Assembly (NCBI GenBank): GCA_965645245.1
Contig: OZ287076.1
Location: forward strand, 1,364,001 to 1,428,000
Direction: 5' to 3'
From: Massalongia carnosa
Taxonomy: Eukaryota
DNA: 64,000 nucleotides
Part shown: piece after piece, positions 11,810 to 25,227 of the stretch
Layout of the letters: each line of letters begins with the position of its first letter
Position numbering within the stretch: position 1 is the stretch's first letter
Position numbers and translations under genes: made by a program
Notes under the pieces: generated by a model
Databases searched by the model: none
Told to the model about the DNA's origin: nothing
Seen by the model: only the letters and a program-made list of their open reading frames with translations

Positions 11810-12434
11810 TTAATTTAATCAAAATGTCATTTCCGATTTTTGTGCTAAACATCATATTCAAGTTGATCGTAGTATCTACCTTTTGTTTCATGTATAGAAT
11901 TTCATCGAAGTAGTGAAGGCAACTCAATAATGAGTGTTCTGGCGTTGAAGAAGGGTAGTCGTGCGTGCTAATAGAAGGGGGTGGTACGTGATGATAGATG
12001 GCGAACTGAGCAGTGAACATATACACACACACAAATGTCTGAATGGACCTACGACTGCATAGACATGAAAAGAACTCGACGATTGAACGACTGAACGACT
12101 AGTTGATGCACGAAATGAACGTGTATAGATGACTACGTGACACGACGATGATGATGACAGCGTAGGTGATAGAAGATGATGTCCGGAGATGATGAAGAAA
12201 ACGCCAGCAAAAAACCCGTTTTATCCCCGCACAGGCCTGCCATGTCACCTGACCATAGATGACACATGTCGCCCCACCACATAGCCTCACACCCCAAAGA
12301 TGCCGTCCCCTGGCATCTGTCAACACTTTGCCAGCTCACCTCTCCTGACCAATCAGAACTCGTCTCTGAGCCCTCGCCTCACCTCTAGTCTGTCCGCCTT
12401 ACTCTGCCCTGTGGGCCCATCACAGCTCATATGA

Positions 12435-15400
12435 TCACGTCACATGTGAAGAAACACGACTCATATCGACCCCTATCCGCTGCTGAATAGCCTCAATCAT
12501 CGTCACTATTGCCTGCCAGCCCTCGGGGGTGGACACGAACTGAATAAATCGTTGTTGACTGACTGATGGGTCTGTTGAAGGTGATCCGGACGACTGCATG
12601 GAGTTAGCCTGAGGCGGAATGAACGCACTGCTCGCCCGATAGGCCTCAAATGTTGACGACGTGACCGTTTCAGGTAATGGCAAGGCATCAACCGGTGGTG
12701 CAGCTGTTAGGGCTGATGATAACAACGGAGGTGCTGACGGTGCTGGTGCTGACGCTGACTGATTAGATAGGCCGGGCCTGTCAAATGGAGTAGAACAATA
12801 TGAAACCGGATGTGCAGGTAGTGTCCAGCCCGTACGTTTTGCACGTCTAGCCCGTGCGTGCCTAGCTCGGTCTGACTGCCATGGCCCTGACCTACATGGA
12901 GGTGGAAACGACCTCACCCGATTGGCTGACACGGTGGCACTAGCTGATGACCGTGCGAGAACTTCTTTCTCTTTTATCAGCAATGTAATACGGATGGCGC
13001 TAGAGGGATACGTGATCGCCTATGGCGGTTGCGGGATTAACTAGCGTGGACCATGCCGTAGGACGAAGTCGCATAAGCCGTCGAGGCTGACACACTGCCA
13101 TCTTGCCCCGAAACTTCGGAGTTATTGTTATCACGTTCTTGACTACTTACAGATCAAACACCTGTCGAGGCCATGGTGGTAGATTGCCATGGAGTGTAAG
13201 GCGGACTCCTGTGGAGACGCCGAGGAACTCTATATGGAATCTACTGGCCTACTCGGAGGTACTGGATCTCTTGATAGTTCAAGAGAGGTAGCAGGAGGCA
13301 CGGCTCGCTAGACGCAGCTTGAGCTAGGCTCCCCGGTGTAAACTTCAGCTTCAACCTTTATTACTACGTTGGTAGTGATGTCGGCTGAATGAACCTACAT
13401 GACCTCGTTGTCTAGACCTTGTGTCTAGAGGCAGGTCCGCATTGTAGCGAGGTATTCAGTCGGAGGTAACCTTCTATCACTAGGTAGTGGTGACGGCGAA
13501 ATGAAGCTACATAGCCTGAGGCATGTAGTGAGGGATCTAGCCGGGGGTAGAATTGTTCTACCTTGCAAGGGAAGATCTAGAAGGCTGCTCGAGGCTGACT
13601 AGATGATCCAGCGAACGCCGAGTTCGTGGATGGATCCTGAGGGATGGTTAGATGTAATGCGATAAAGTCGGATGTGGATTGCAAGCCTGTAAGGCTCCCA
13701 AGGCTCCCAAGGCTCCCAAGGCTTGCAAGACTCCTAAGGTTCCAAGGCTCCCAAGGCTATAGGCTTGGGGTGAGTAGGATAAATATCAGAACGAATCTTG
13801 TAGTATTCGTTAGCAATTAGTCTTTATTCTATGAACAACCTACGTTTGGGTCTCGGACGAGATCTCTTGGTCTAAGCAATTCCACTACCTTTAGCTTTGG
13901 ATCACATATACTCTCGGAGACTAGCACGTAGTAGCTATCTTCCACCTCTCACGCTGAGCCTTTCCCCTTTCGAGATTAGTGTCGCTTGTGAATAGTTTAC
14001 TGGTCTCGTAGCCCATTACAAGCAACTCGGTCAAAATCTCTCGACCCACGACAGTGTGCAGCAATATTTTCGTGTTATCAGCACCTGCTAGTTGATTTAG
14101 GGCTTCCGAAAGGGGAAGGCTGGACAGTCGACACATAGGAACTTTCCAGGTGGAGGCCTGCAAATATAAAAACCCTAGTGCTCGACGAGAGATAGATGAC
14201 TGAATGAGCGGCAAAGTAGACAGATATTCATCGACATTTGACGAAACGAAGGTCACTGATTAAACGAATGATGACGCTGAATATGTTGAACGTGCTGAAC
14301 GAAAAGATAAGGCTGAACGGGACGGTGATGCTGAACGAGAAGGTGCTAAATAGTCGTCAATTTCGACGTAGCTGACGTCCGGAAGACGTCCGGCCATAGC
14401 TAGCTCCACATTGACCTCAGAGGCTGAATGAAATGATGTTGATTTTGGCCTTTCCGGCCCCTTTTTGTTGACTCAATGACTGACTTAGTGTCAGCAGACG
14501 CAGTAACAGTAGACGCAGCGGACTCAGTGGTCGGCCTTTCCTCGGCCCGCGCTAGCTCAGTGCTAGAACCAGGTGCTGAACGTAAAATTGCTGATTTTGG
14601 CCCTTCCGGCCCTCGTGGCCCACGTGTAGATGACTCAATTGCTGACTCAATGTCAGCTGACTCGATAGCGGTGATGACAGGTGCCGAAGACACGGCAGAA
14701 CGAAAAGCGGTGACGGGTGACGGTGGTGCGGTGGACGGTGCAGACATGAACGGTGCAGACGGTGCAGACATAGTGACTGGTGGTGACACGGCGACTGCTG
14801 AACAAATAGGCAACGATTCTGGATAGTTTGTATGGGCCACATAGGCCTTTTGTGCCCCATATTTCGCGAACAATTCCTCCATACTCATGTATGACCTTGT
14901 CGATGCAACCGCGGCAGTTGATGATGACACTGACGGTGCTGATGAACTGACAGACGATGCCCTCGACACGGAGATGGACCGGCGCTGTCTCGGCAGATGA
15001 CGTCGCTGTCGCTTGCTCATAGGTGCGCTGGGTGAAGAAGAAGAAGCAGATAAAGATGAAGATATAGATCGAGGTGCACTAGTGCTAGAGGTTGGTGCAC
15101 TAGTGGTGGATGTGGAAGTGGACGACTCGAACGACTCGGACGACTCAGACGACTCGGAGGCAGAAACGGAGGCTCTTTTGGTAGGCCTACCACGTTTCGC
15201 TCGATTATGGTGTCGCTGTCGTTGACGTGCTCGTTTTGATGGTAGTGGAGTAGGTGAGGTCGGTCTAGTACTCTCGGACTCGGTCGCATTGGCCCAAATG
15301 CAGAAGGTAATGCACGAGGAAATGGCCATCAGTGCAGTGAATAAAATGACTAGATAGTTCCTAGAATGTACGTCTAAAACGCATGCAGTCGGTACTGGGA

Positions 15401-15446
15401 TGGTGACGGAAGCGGTAGCGGTGGTAAAGAAGCTGATGGGGGCCAT
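12435..15446 (-). pseudogene. Orphan Ser/Thr/Ala-rich ORF (~650 codons reconstructed) with an N-terminal hydrophobic segment
   Basis: ORFs 14400-15446, ~14021-14256 and 12435-12983 join after one frameshift (~14460), one TAA (~14260) and removal of the solo LTR plus one TSD copy (...EILTELL|IKEKEV... in frame). Confidence 0.65.
12984..14020. mobile_element. Solo LTR copy 2 (1037 bp)
   Basis: TGTAAT...ATTACA termini; TSD AGCAA at 12979-12983 and 14021-14025. Confidence 0.9.
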
Positions 15447-15929
15447 ATTGCTCGATTTGGTGCTGAAGGACTCGGTCGTGCACGGTCGGAGGTGGAGTAG
15501 TCAGAGTGATCAGAGGTGCAAAACAAGGAGGTTTTTCGACGTTTGATGCTCAGTTCAACCGCTCAATTACACCAGTACAATCATATATCGCACCGTGGTC
15601 GCCAATGAAGAAGGGTAGTCGTGCGTGCTAATGGAAGGTAGTGGTACGTGATGATAGATGGTGATCTGAGCAGTGAACACATACAAACACATACAAACGT
15701 CTGAATGGACCTACAACTGCATAGACAAGAAAAGAACTCGATGACTGAACGACTGAACGACTGAACGACCAGTTGATGCACGAAATGAACGTGTGTCGAT
15801 GACTACGTGACACGACGATGATGATGACAGCGTAGATGATAGAATATGATGTCCAGAGATGATGAAGAAAACGCCAGCAAAAAACCCGTTTTATCCCCAC
15901 ACAAGCCTGCCATGTCACCTGACCATAGC

Positions 15930-16959
15930 TGTAATACGGATGGCGCTAGAGGGATACGTGATCGCCTATGGCGGTTGCGGGATTAACTAGCGTGGACCAT
16001 GCCGTAGTACGAAGTCGCATAAGCCGTCGAGGCTGACACACTGCCATCTTGCCCCGAAACTTCGGAGTTATTGTTATCACGTTCTTGACTACTTACAGAT
16101 CAAACACCTGTCGAGGCCGTGGTGGTAGATTGCCATGGAGTGTAAGGCGGACTCCTGTGGAGACGCCAAGGAACTCTATATGGGATCTACTGGCCTACTC
16201 GGAGCTACTGGATCTCTTGATGGTTCAAGAGAGGTAGCAGGAGGCACGGCTCGCTGGACGCAGCTTGAGCTAGGCTCCCCGGTGTAAACTTCAGCTTCAA
16301 CCTTTATTACTACGTTGGTAGTGATGTCGGCTGAATGAACCTACATGACCTCGTTGTCTAGACCTTGTGTCTAGAGGCAGGTCCGCATTGTAGCGAGGTA
16401 TTCAGTCGGAGGTAACCTTCCATCACTAGGTAGTGGTGACGGCGAAATGAAGCTACATAGCCTGAGGCATGTAGTGAGGGATCTAGCCGGGGGTAGAATT
16501 GTTCTACCTTGCAAGGGAAGGTCTAGAAGGCTGCTCGAGGCTGACTAGATGATCCAGCGAACGCCGAGTTCGTGGATGGATCCTGAGGGATGGTTGGATG
16601 TAATGCGATAAAGTCGGATGTGGATTGCAAGGCTGTAATGCTCGCAAGACTCCCAAGGCTTGCAAGGCTCCTAAGGTTCCAAGGCTCCCAAGGCTATAGG
16701 CTTGGGGTGAGTAGGATAAATATCAGAACGAATCTTGTAGTATTCGTTAGCAATTAGTCTTTATTCTATGAACAACCTACGTTTGGGTCTCGGACGAGAT
16801 CTCTTGGTCTAAGCACTTCCACATCCATTAGTTCTTTGGATCACGTATACTCTTGGAGACTAGCACGTAGTAGCTATCTTCCTCCTCTCACGCTGAGCAT
16901 TTCCCCTTTCGAGATCAGTGTCGCTCGTGATAAGCTTACTGGTCTCGTAGCCCATTACA
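15930..16959. mobile_element. Solo LTR copy 3 (1030 bp), inserted in the 5' LTR of the non-autonomous element
   Basis: Same termini; imperfect TSD ATAGC/ATTGC; nearly identical to the reverse complement of 4396-5425. Confidence 0.9.
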
Positions 16960-16986
16960 ATTGCTGACATATGTCGCCCCACTACA

Positions 16987-18616
16987 GCGTTTGTCGTTGA
17001 TTGCATCTATTTGTGCATTTTGACGAATTATAATCTTTCAATCGATGTAAATATGATCGAAAATAGCCGTGTCCGAATTTTAATTACATAATAGTAGCAA
17101 ATATCAATTTGGAACAGTTATATGATTAATAATGAAAACTCGATATGCCGGGTTTCATTTCGAATTTCTCGTAGTATTTGCCTTTTGATTTGCAATGTTG
17201 CCATTGATTCGTCTATTTGGTTAGAATATTATGATTTATTTGATCTTTTATATAATCAAATATTATCGCAGAGCACACGACTAGTATTCGATTGTATCCC
17301 GTCTTTGCTGTTTTATCTACAATTTCGTTTTCGGTAATTTTTGAATGACTCGGAACCCATTGCAAAATCACCTGATAATTTCTTTCAAATAAGCGTTTTG
17401 CGAGCTTTCGAATTTGTCTTGCGAAAATATGACTTCTCAAGTTCTGAATTTCGGTTATCGCGTTTATACTATCAGAAAAAATACAATTTTTTTTCAAGTT
17501 CTGTAAAATATTAGTATTCGACAGTTTATAGACACAGTTCATTGCTTTTAAAATCGCATGCAGTTCAGCATTTTTAATGCTTGACTGTTTGTTTAATTTC
17601 CAGCTTTTCGAAATCGTATGATACTTGATCAGACAATCTTTTTCGATAAATCGATCAAAACTATTGATAATATTACATCAATTCCGCATAATTGGCGCAA
17701 ATGTGACTGCAGACGTTTCAAATTCGAATTTTAATCCATCCGTATAAAGTAAAACTCGGGATTTGTCGGAGTTCATTGATTGAGTTTTGGATAAGGTCGA
17801 ATAATAACTTGATTTTGCAGATTCTTTTGTATTTCGGATTTGAAATTCGATTTTGCAAGACGATTTCCAAGGTTTAATAAAATGATTCGCTTGTTCAAAT
17901 TCATCCTTTTTCTGAACTATTGCGGAAACGGAATGAAGAACGCGAATAAGCTAACTAGGATTTCGTTTATTTGTTTGTTTTACGTCTTCGTTCTATACGG
18001 CATATTTGTTGTTCCATAAACTAGTGTCAAAACCGATGTTTTCGAATTTTATCGAATATGTAATTGGAATTCTTTGACAAATGGGGTTATTTTCGGCAAT
18101 CTTCAATAATCGAATTGCGTATTTTTGATTTTTCATTGATAATCGAAGTTTGACTGGTAAAACATATTATTCAATTTCCATCGCCTGAATAGGTATGGTT
18201 TTGAAAGTTCCTAAAATCTTTCGAATCATTCGATTTTGTAGGTTCTGAAATAGTTTTTCATATTTCTTTTGACCATTATACCAAATTTCTGAACCGTAGT
18301 CCGAGATAGGAATAATGCATGACTAATAGAGCTGTCTGCATACGGTCGGTTTCAGACCCCATTCGGATTTCATCAAATTCTGAATTGCAAAAAACGATCG
18401 ATTCGCAGAAGAGATTCGCGTTTCGGCGTGTTTTTTGAAATTTAGTTTTCGGTCTAGCCAGACTCTCAACCATTTGACTATATTTTTCGGTTCTAGTATT
18501 GTCCCGTTTGGTAATTTCAATGTGTCTTTCGATACATTTCTTGTCTTTTCGAAGTGAATCAGCTCGGATTTATCGTCATCAAATTTGACATTATTCGATG
18601 CGGCCCAATCAAAGGC
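16987..18616 (-). pseudogene. LINE-B host copy 1: decayed RT C-terminus and RNase H
   Basis: IFSDSINA, QWVPSHS, VKWLRVWLDRKLNF fragments match 62340-63950. Confidence 0.9.
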
Positions 18617-21600
18617 TATGATAGTATTACGTTCTATTCACAATATTCTCATGTAGAAAAGTAAGAAAACTTTAAGAAAAACTTCGAAAATGATCAACAC
18701 ACTAGCGCAAGACCGCGAGAAACACAAGGAGGCGCATGAGGAGAAGATAAAGCTATTGAGAGCAAAGATAGATGAGTACTTAAAGCCTGGTAACAACGTA
18801 GGAGACCCGGTGGCGCAAAGTCTATTGAAGGAGGTTAAAGCCACTTTGTAAGCCCAGCTTCACATTAATTCGGAAAACGAAGATACCGTCACGGTAGCAG
18901 AGTCCCTTCAGGATATAAGAAACGCATTTAATCGCATATGGAAGGCACCAAAAAGAATAACGAGCCCCCCACAAGCTACGCCGCCGCGGCCACCCCGCTG
19001 GCGCCCCAGAGCCAGGCCGGGCAAAGCCGGACGTACAATCTTAAGTACCCCAAACCCCAAAAAACCAAAGAGCCATCCCCCAGCGAGGCCAAAAGGGCCC
19101 AGGAGATCATACTATGAGTCACGAACGAGGCCGATCGAGAAAGAGTGAGACAGATGCCCACTCAGGAGTTGGTAGAATCGCTGCAGAAAAACGTCGAAGG
19201 GATATTAGGAATATCGCGACTTACAAGCGGAGACATACGAATTCACGTAGAATCAGCAGAGGTCAAGAAGACCTTATATGAAAACACTGAATAGATTACT
19301 GCGATTGCGGCGTCTGCTACAGTCCAACGGCACACCTATGCAGTGCGAGCTAGCGGAGTAAAGATGGTACATATCGATGCCACCAATCAGAATTAAACTA
19401 TACAGTACCTGCAGGCAGCTAACGCACGATTACACTCAGGCCTAAAAATCACGAGAATCGCCTGGTCGTTCAGGGCCATCAAAGGAAAGAAGACATACTC
19501 GTCGCTGCATGTAGAAGTAGAGACTCCCGCGATGGCGAACCGCCTCATCACCGAGGGCTTCCTCGTCGATCATGAGATTAAGAATTGCGAAAAATTCGTA
19601 AAAAGTTGTAAGCTAACGACGTGCTTCAACTGCTATAAATACGGACACATAGCAAAACGCTGCCGCAACCCAACGGCGTGCGGGCTCTGCGCCGGCGGGC
19701 ACTCGACCAACGGATGCAACCCAGAAACAACAGGTAAACAAAAAAGGTGCGCATGCTGTGAGGAGAGAGGCCACGTAGCGTGGGCCCCAACATGCAAACT
19801 CAGATTACTACAAATGAGCAAAATAGAGAAGGCCAGGAAAAGCTCACCCCAGCTCTTCGTCACGGGCGACCCGATCGTAGCGCGGTCATTCATCTTCTCG
19901 TCTTAAACCTCAACGGACAAGGAATGCAGCGCAATACTAGGGGAGGCAACGGAGAGACCTGTCAACGGTTCCTGTAAGGTCGTCACCAGCAAGAAAAGGA
20001 AAACCGCCCCAGCGGGTTCCCAAGAAGTCTCCTCGGCAGGTCCCAGCCGCGTATCAGGCATGTCATGGAAGGACACGGAGATCATGAAACCCATGAACAT
20101 GCAAAGAGCGATGGCAAAGCCAACTCTTGGCAGACCACCAAACACACCAACTGCAGCAACACCCGCCCCGTCCCGCACGGATCCCGCCCCCCCCGCCGAC
20201 CCTTGAATTATCTCCCTTCCCCGCCGACCCAGAATCGGACCACCCTACCGCCCCGGTAACGGACGTAATAGAAGAAGGAGATTTATGTAGGACACAAACT
20301 CCATTAACATACTATAGTACAACGTTAGAAATGATCGAGTAAGCACAATAATTCCACTTTTGGCTGATTTAAACACGCAGGACTACGATGTTATAGCAAT
20401 ACAGGAACCATGGCGGAGTACGCACGCTCCCTCAATGCTCAGCTCATATCAAAGTGGATTTCACCTCCTGTGTCGTCCCGGTGGTGACACACGCGTATGT
20501 TTTTACGTTAACGAGAAAATAGACCCGGAAAGCTGGGAAGTCGAATTCCCTACCGCAGATCTATGCACGTTAAAATTGAACGTGTATACCGATGGGGTTA
20601 CGAAAGTGCTGCACATTTATAACGTGTACAACCCGTCCCCGTCCTCTTTTTCATCCATAGACAGCCCGTCCACACTCCCCGTCGTACGCCAGCAGCTTGC
20701 CGCAGACGCACCACGTTCTTCTCGGCGACTTCAATCTTTACCACCCCTTTTGGAATGGAATCACAAGGTCAACACAACACGGAGCCGCAGATCAGTTATT
20801 GAATATAGTAGAAGAATTTGACCTCTCACTGACGCTGCCCAAAGGAACCGTCACGTGGGAGGCCCGGAACTCTTTTAGCACTATAGATCTAGTATTCATG
20901 TCGGTATTTCAGGCGGAAAGACTGGAACACTGCATGTCAAGACCGGAAATGAATCAATCCTCTGATCACATTCCGATATCCACTCGCATTCTTCTCGGGA
21001 GTGAACAGCTAACGAAAGTAAAGCGCAGAGCATGGAAGCTACTGAACATGGAGAAAGTGAGGGAGGCTGAAAGCAACGCCCCGCCCGTGACCCACCCCCG
21101 CTCAACCGCAGAAATAGATCAGTACGCCCAGAAAATTCAAGAGTTCCTGCAGAAAATCATAACCGCCTCCACCCCCTGGGCCAGACCCAGCGAATATGCG
21201 AAACCCTTTTGGAACGAAGAATGCAACCGCGCCACCCGCGAGACTCGCAAATTGCGCCGCTTCTGGTCGTCATCGCGCCACTTAGACGACTGGAAGGCAT
21301 ATATGAAGTCCAACGACAAGAAGCAAAAGATAATCCAAAAAGCAAAAACGCTCTCATTTCCCAAAGAGATAAGCAAAGCCACCGAGTCGCCGTTGGGCAT
21401 ATGGAAGCTAGCAAGATGGGCAAAAGACAAGAGTCAGAAGCCCCGCGAGATACCGAAAATGCCGCCATTGAGGCACGAAGGGCAAACAGCGGAGACGTTC
21501 GAAGAAAAAGCGGAAATGCTGAAAGCCAAAGCCAAATTCTTTCCCCCCTCCCCGCCGGCCGACTTGAGCGACATACCCGGGTCGTTCTACCCCGCCACCG

Positions 21601-22269
21601 CGGATTGCCCCATGACAATCACAAATGACGAAGTGATCGTAAACATACAACGTCTTAAGTCCGACAAGGCTCCGGGCCCTGACGGGATCACCAATAGAAT
21701 TCTCAAGGCATGCTCCACAAAACTAGCAGAGTTGCTAAACCCTTTATTTCAGGCTTGCGTCACGCATGCGTATCATCCCCACGAGTTCAAAAGAACAAAC
21801 ACGGTCGCACTCAGAAAACCGGGAAAGAAAGACAATACCAATCCAAAGGCATACAGACCCATAGCTTTACTGAACACAATAGGTAAGGTATTAGAAGCAG
21901 TCATCACAAGGAAGATCACTCATATAGCGGAACAGCACCGGCTCCTGCCGGATACACAAATGGGCGCTCGGCGTGGCCGATCTACCGAGTCTGCGCTCGA
22001 ACTCCTCACCGAACAGGTGCACTCTGTATGGGGACAAGGCACCAACAAGGTGGCAACTCTCCTCAGCATGGATGTAGCAGGCGCATTCGACACAGTGTCT
22101 CATCAAAGGCTGATACACAATCTGAGAAAAAGGAAAATCCCGAAATGGATCACAGAATGGACGGCAAGCTTTATGAAGGAAAAAAGAACTACACTAACGA
22201 TGAACCGGCGAGTAACCGAGGAGTTCGCGGTGCGCACGGGCATTCCTCAAGGCTCACCCATTTCCCCTA
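18617..22269 (+). mobile_element. LINE-A copy 1, 5' part (ORF1, endonuclease, RT to GIPQGSPISP); 3' part at 39991-41563
   Basis: Homologous to 28135-33645; 11-bp TSD CAATCAAAGGC at 18606-18616 and 41564-41574. Confidence 0.92.
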
Positions 22270-22649
22270 ACGTAATTTACCGCTATTCGGAACACCCGCT
22301 TATTCGGAACTAACAAATTTGATACCAACCTTCGTAATTTTTTATCACCGCTGCATCCGCAAAATTTCTAGCACATGTACTCGGGAATTGATCAACAAGT
22401 TCTAGTGAATATATATAGCTAAGGTAAAAGCTTGTAGAGCTATATTTTACGAGTGTTAGAGATCACACGACCGCGCGAGCTAACCCGAACCTCTAAAACT
22501 TCCGACTTCTCCCCCTTTCCTACCATTTCCAAATCACCTTGTACCAACCTAGTGATATTTTTCTTTCTTGGTATACCTTTTCCTTTATTTTGAGCAGTTT
22601 TTTTAAACCCTAGGTCACCCTCAACTGTCTCCTTAAAATTATAAGGTTT

Positions 22650-25227
22650 TTTTTATTTTTTTATTTATTCATTAAGTGTATTCAACCTAATGTTATGACA
22701 CTAAACTATTTTAGGATATGTTTCTATATTACAAATAAATCAACCCTTTATAACCCATCTATGTATTGTCAATTTTTCCCCATTTTTACTACGCGTTAGT
22801 AACAACCTATAGTAATCGAAGAATATAGATTTAAAATTTGTCTTTGTAAGTTCGTAAATGTTTCAGCATAAATCGTTTCTGATTTTACTGTTCGATCTCT
22901 CCCCAACCTCCAGTTTCGAAAATCTCGTCATCAAGCTGACCTAGTATCCATTTTCTTGTCGCGATTTTGTTATTGACAATGAATTTAATCAAAATGTCAT
23001 TTCCGATTTTTGTATTAAACAACATATTCAAGTTGATCGTAGTATCGATATTTTGTTTCATGTTTTGAATTTCATCGAAATAGTGAATGCAATTCAATAC
23101 AAGCGTTCTGGCGTTTGTCGTTGATTGCATCGATTTATGCATTTTGACGAATTATAATCTTTCAATCGATGTAAATATGATCGAAAATAGCCGTGTCCGA
23201 ATTTTAATTGCATAATAATAGTAGCAAATATCAATTTGGAATAGTTGTTTGATAAATAATAAAATCTCGATATGCCAGGTTTCATTTCGAATTTCTCGTA
23301 GGATTTGCCGTTTGATTTGCATTATTGCCATTGATTCGTCCATGTGGTTAGCATATTTTGATTTATTTGATCTTTTACATAATCAAATGTTATCGCCGAG
23401 GACTCGACTAGGATTTGATTATGGCCCGTCTTTGCTATTTTGTCTGCAATTTCGTTTTCGGTAATATTTGAATTACTCGGAACCCATTTCAAAATCACCT
23501 GAAAATTGCTTTCAAATAAGAGTTTTGCGAGCTTTCGAATTTGTCTGGCGAAAATATGATTTGTCAAGTTCTGAATTTCGTTTATCGCGTTTATACTATC
23601 AGAAAAAATCCAAATCGTTTTTTCTAAGTTCGATAAAATATTAGTATTCGACAATTTATAGACCCATTTCATTGCTTGTAAAATCGCATGCAGTTCAGCA
23701 TTTTTAATACTTGACTGTTTGCTTAATTTCCAGCTTTTCGAAATCGTATGATACTTGATCAGACAATCTTTTTCGATAAATCGATTAAAATTATTGATAA
23801 TATGACTCCAATTCCTCGTAATTGGAGCAAATATGACTGCAGACGTTGCAAATTCGATTTTCGATCTATCTTTATAAAGTGAAAGTCGGGATTTATCGGA
23901 GTTCATTGATTTAATTTTGGATAAGGTCAAATAATAACTTGATTTAGCAGATTCCTTTGTATTTTCGATTTGAAATTCAATTTTGCACGGCAATTTCCAA
24001 TGTTTAATAAAATACTTTGATTGTTCAAATTCATCAGTTTTGTGAACTATATCGGAAACGGAATGAAGAACGCGAATAAGCTGACTAGGATGTCGTTTAT
24101 TTGTTCGTTTTTCGTCTTCGTTCCATTCGGCATATTTGTTGTTCCATAAACTAGTGTCAAACCCAATAACATTTGATTATGTGAAGGGTCAAATAAATCG
24201 AAATATGTTAGCCGCATGGGCGAATCAATGGCAACAATGCAAGTCAAAAGGCAAATACTATGAGAAATTCGAAATGCAGCCGGGCAAATCGAGTTTTTAT
24301 TATCTGTCGAATAATTGTTCTAAATTAATATTTGCAACTATTATGCAAATGAAATTCGGACACGGTTATTTTCGATCATATCTGCACCGATTGAAAGATT
24401 ATAATTCGTCAAAATGCACAGGGCGCTGCATCGAACGTCAAACGCCAGAACACTTATTGATGAATTGCATACATTATTCAAATGAAATCCTAAACATGAA
24501 ACAAAATATCGATACCACAATTACTTTAAAAATGTTGTTTAATACTAGGATCGGAAATAATATTTTGATTAAATTTATTGTTGATAACAAAATCGCGACT
24601 AGAAAATGGATGCTAGGTCAGCTCGATGACGAAAATATCGAAACGGGAGGTTGGGGAGAGATCGAACAGTAAAATTAGAAATGATTTATGCTGGAATATT
24701 TACGAGCTTTACAAAAACAAATTGTAAAATCGATATTTCGATTACTAAAGGTTGTTACTAACACGGAGTAAAAACGGGGCAATATTGACGATAGATAGTT
24801 GGGTTATAAAGGGTTGATTTATTTGTAAAATAAAACCATATCTTAAAATAGTTTAGTGTCATAACCTTAGGTTGAATACACTTAATGAATAAATAAATAA
24901 AAAAGTGTCAAACCCGATATTTTCGAATTTTATCGAATATGTGTTTGGAATTCTTTGACAAATAGGGTTATTTTCGGCAATCTTCAATAATCGAATTGCG
25001 TATTTTTGATTTTTCATTAATAATCGAAGTTTAACTGGTAAAACATGTGATTCAATTTCCATCGCCTGAACAGGTGTAGTTTTGAAAGTTCCTAAAATCT
25101 TTCGAATCATTTGATTTTGTAGGTTCTGAAATAGTTTTTCATATTTCTTTTGACCATTATACCAAATTTCTGAGCCGTAGTCCGAAATAGGAATAATGCA
25201 TGACATATAGAGCTGTCTGCATGCGGT
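22650..25227 (-). mobile_element. LINE-B copy 2, 3' part (tail, RNase H, RT end); other parts at ~27235-28134, 33667-33693 and 36379-39490
   Basis: ORF 23322-23993 is RNase H-like (NAELHAILQA, IFSDS, WVPS); T-rich tail; possible short TSD GTTT. Confidence 0.85.
24165..24903 (+). mobile_element. 5'-truncated LINE-B copy
   Basis: 12-bp TSD AGTGTCAAACCC at 24153-24164 and 24904-24915; A-rich tail; ORF2 C-terminus with C-x3-C...H-x4-C motif. Confidence 0.93.

Larger units (their letters stand above)
11946..16986 (-). mobile_element. Non-autonomous LTR element with no recognisable gag/pol
   Basis: LTRs TGAAG...ACA at 11946-12281 and 15606-16986 (the latter split by a solo LTR); 4-bp TSD GCGT; PBS-like TGGCGACCA next to the 5' LTR; G-rich tract next to the 3' LTR. 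Confidence 0.88.

Noticed and set aside
14400..15446. Host mucin or cell-wall protein gene
   Set aside because: It lies between paired LTRs with a PBS and TSD, so it is element-borne; a captured origin stays possible but unproven.
12984..16959. Two same-orientation 1.03-kb LTRs read as one retrotransposon flanking 14021-15929
   Set aside because: Each LTR has its own TSD, the outer flanks do not match (AGCAA versus ATTGC), and the enclosed DNA is contiguous with the host element.
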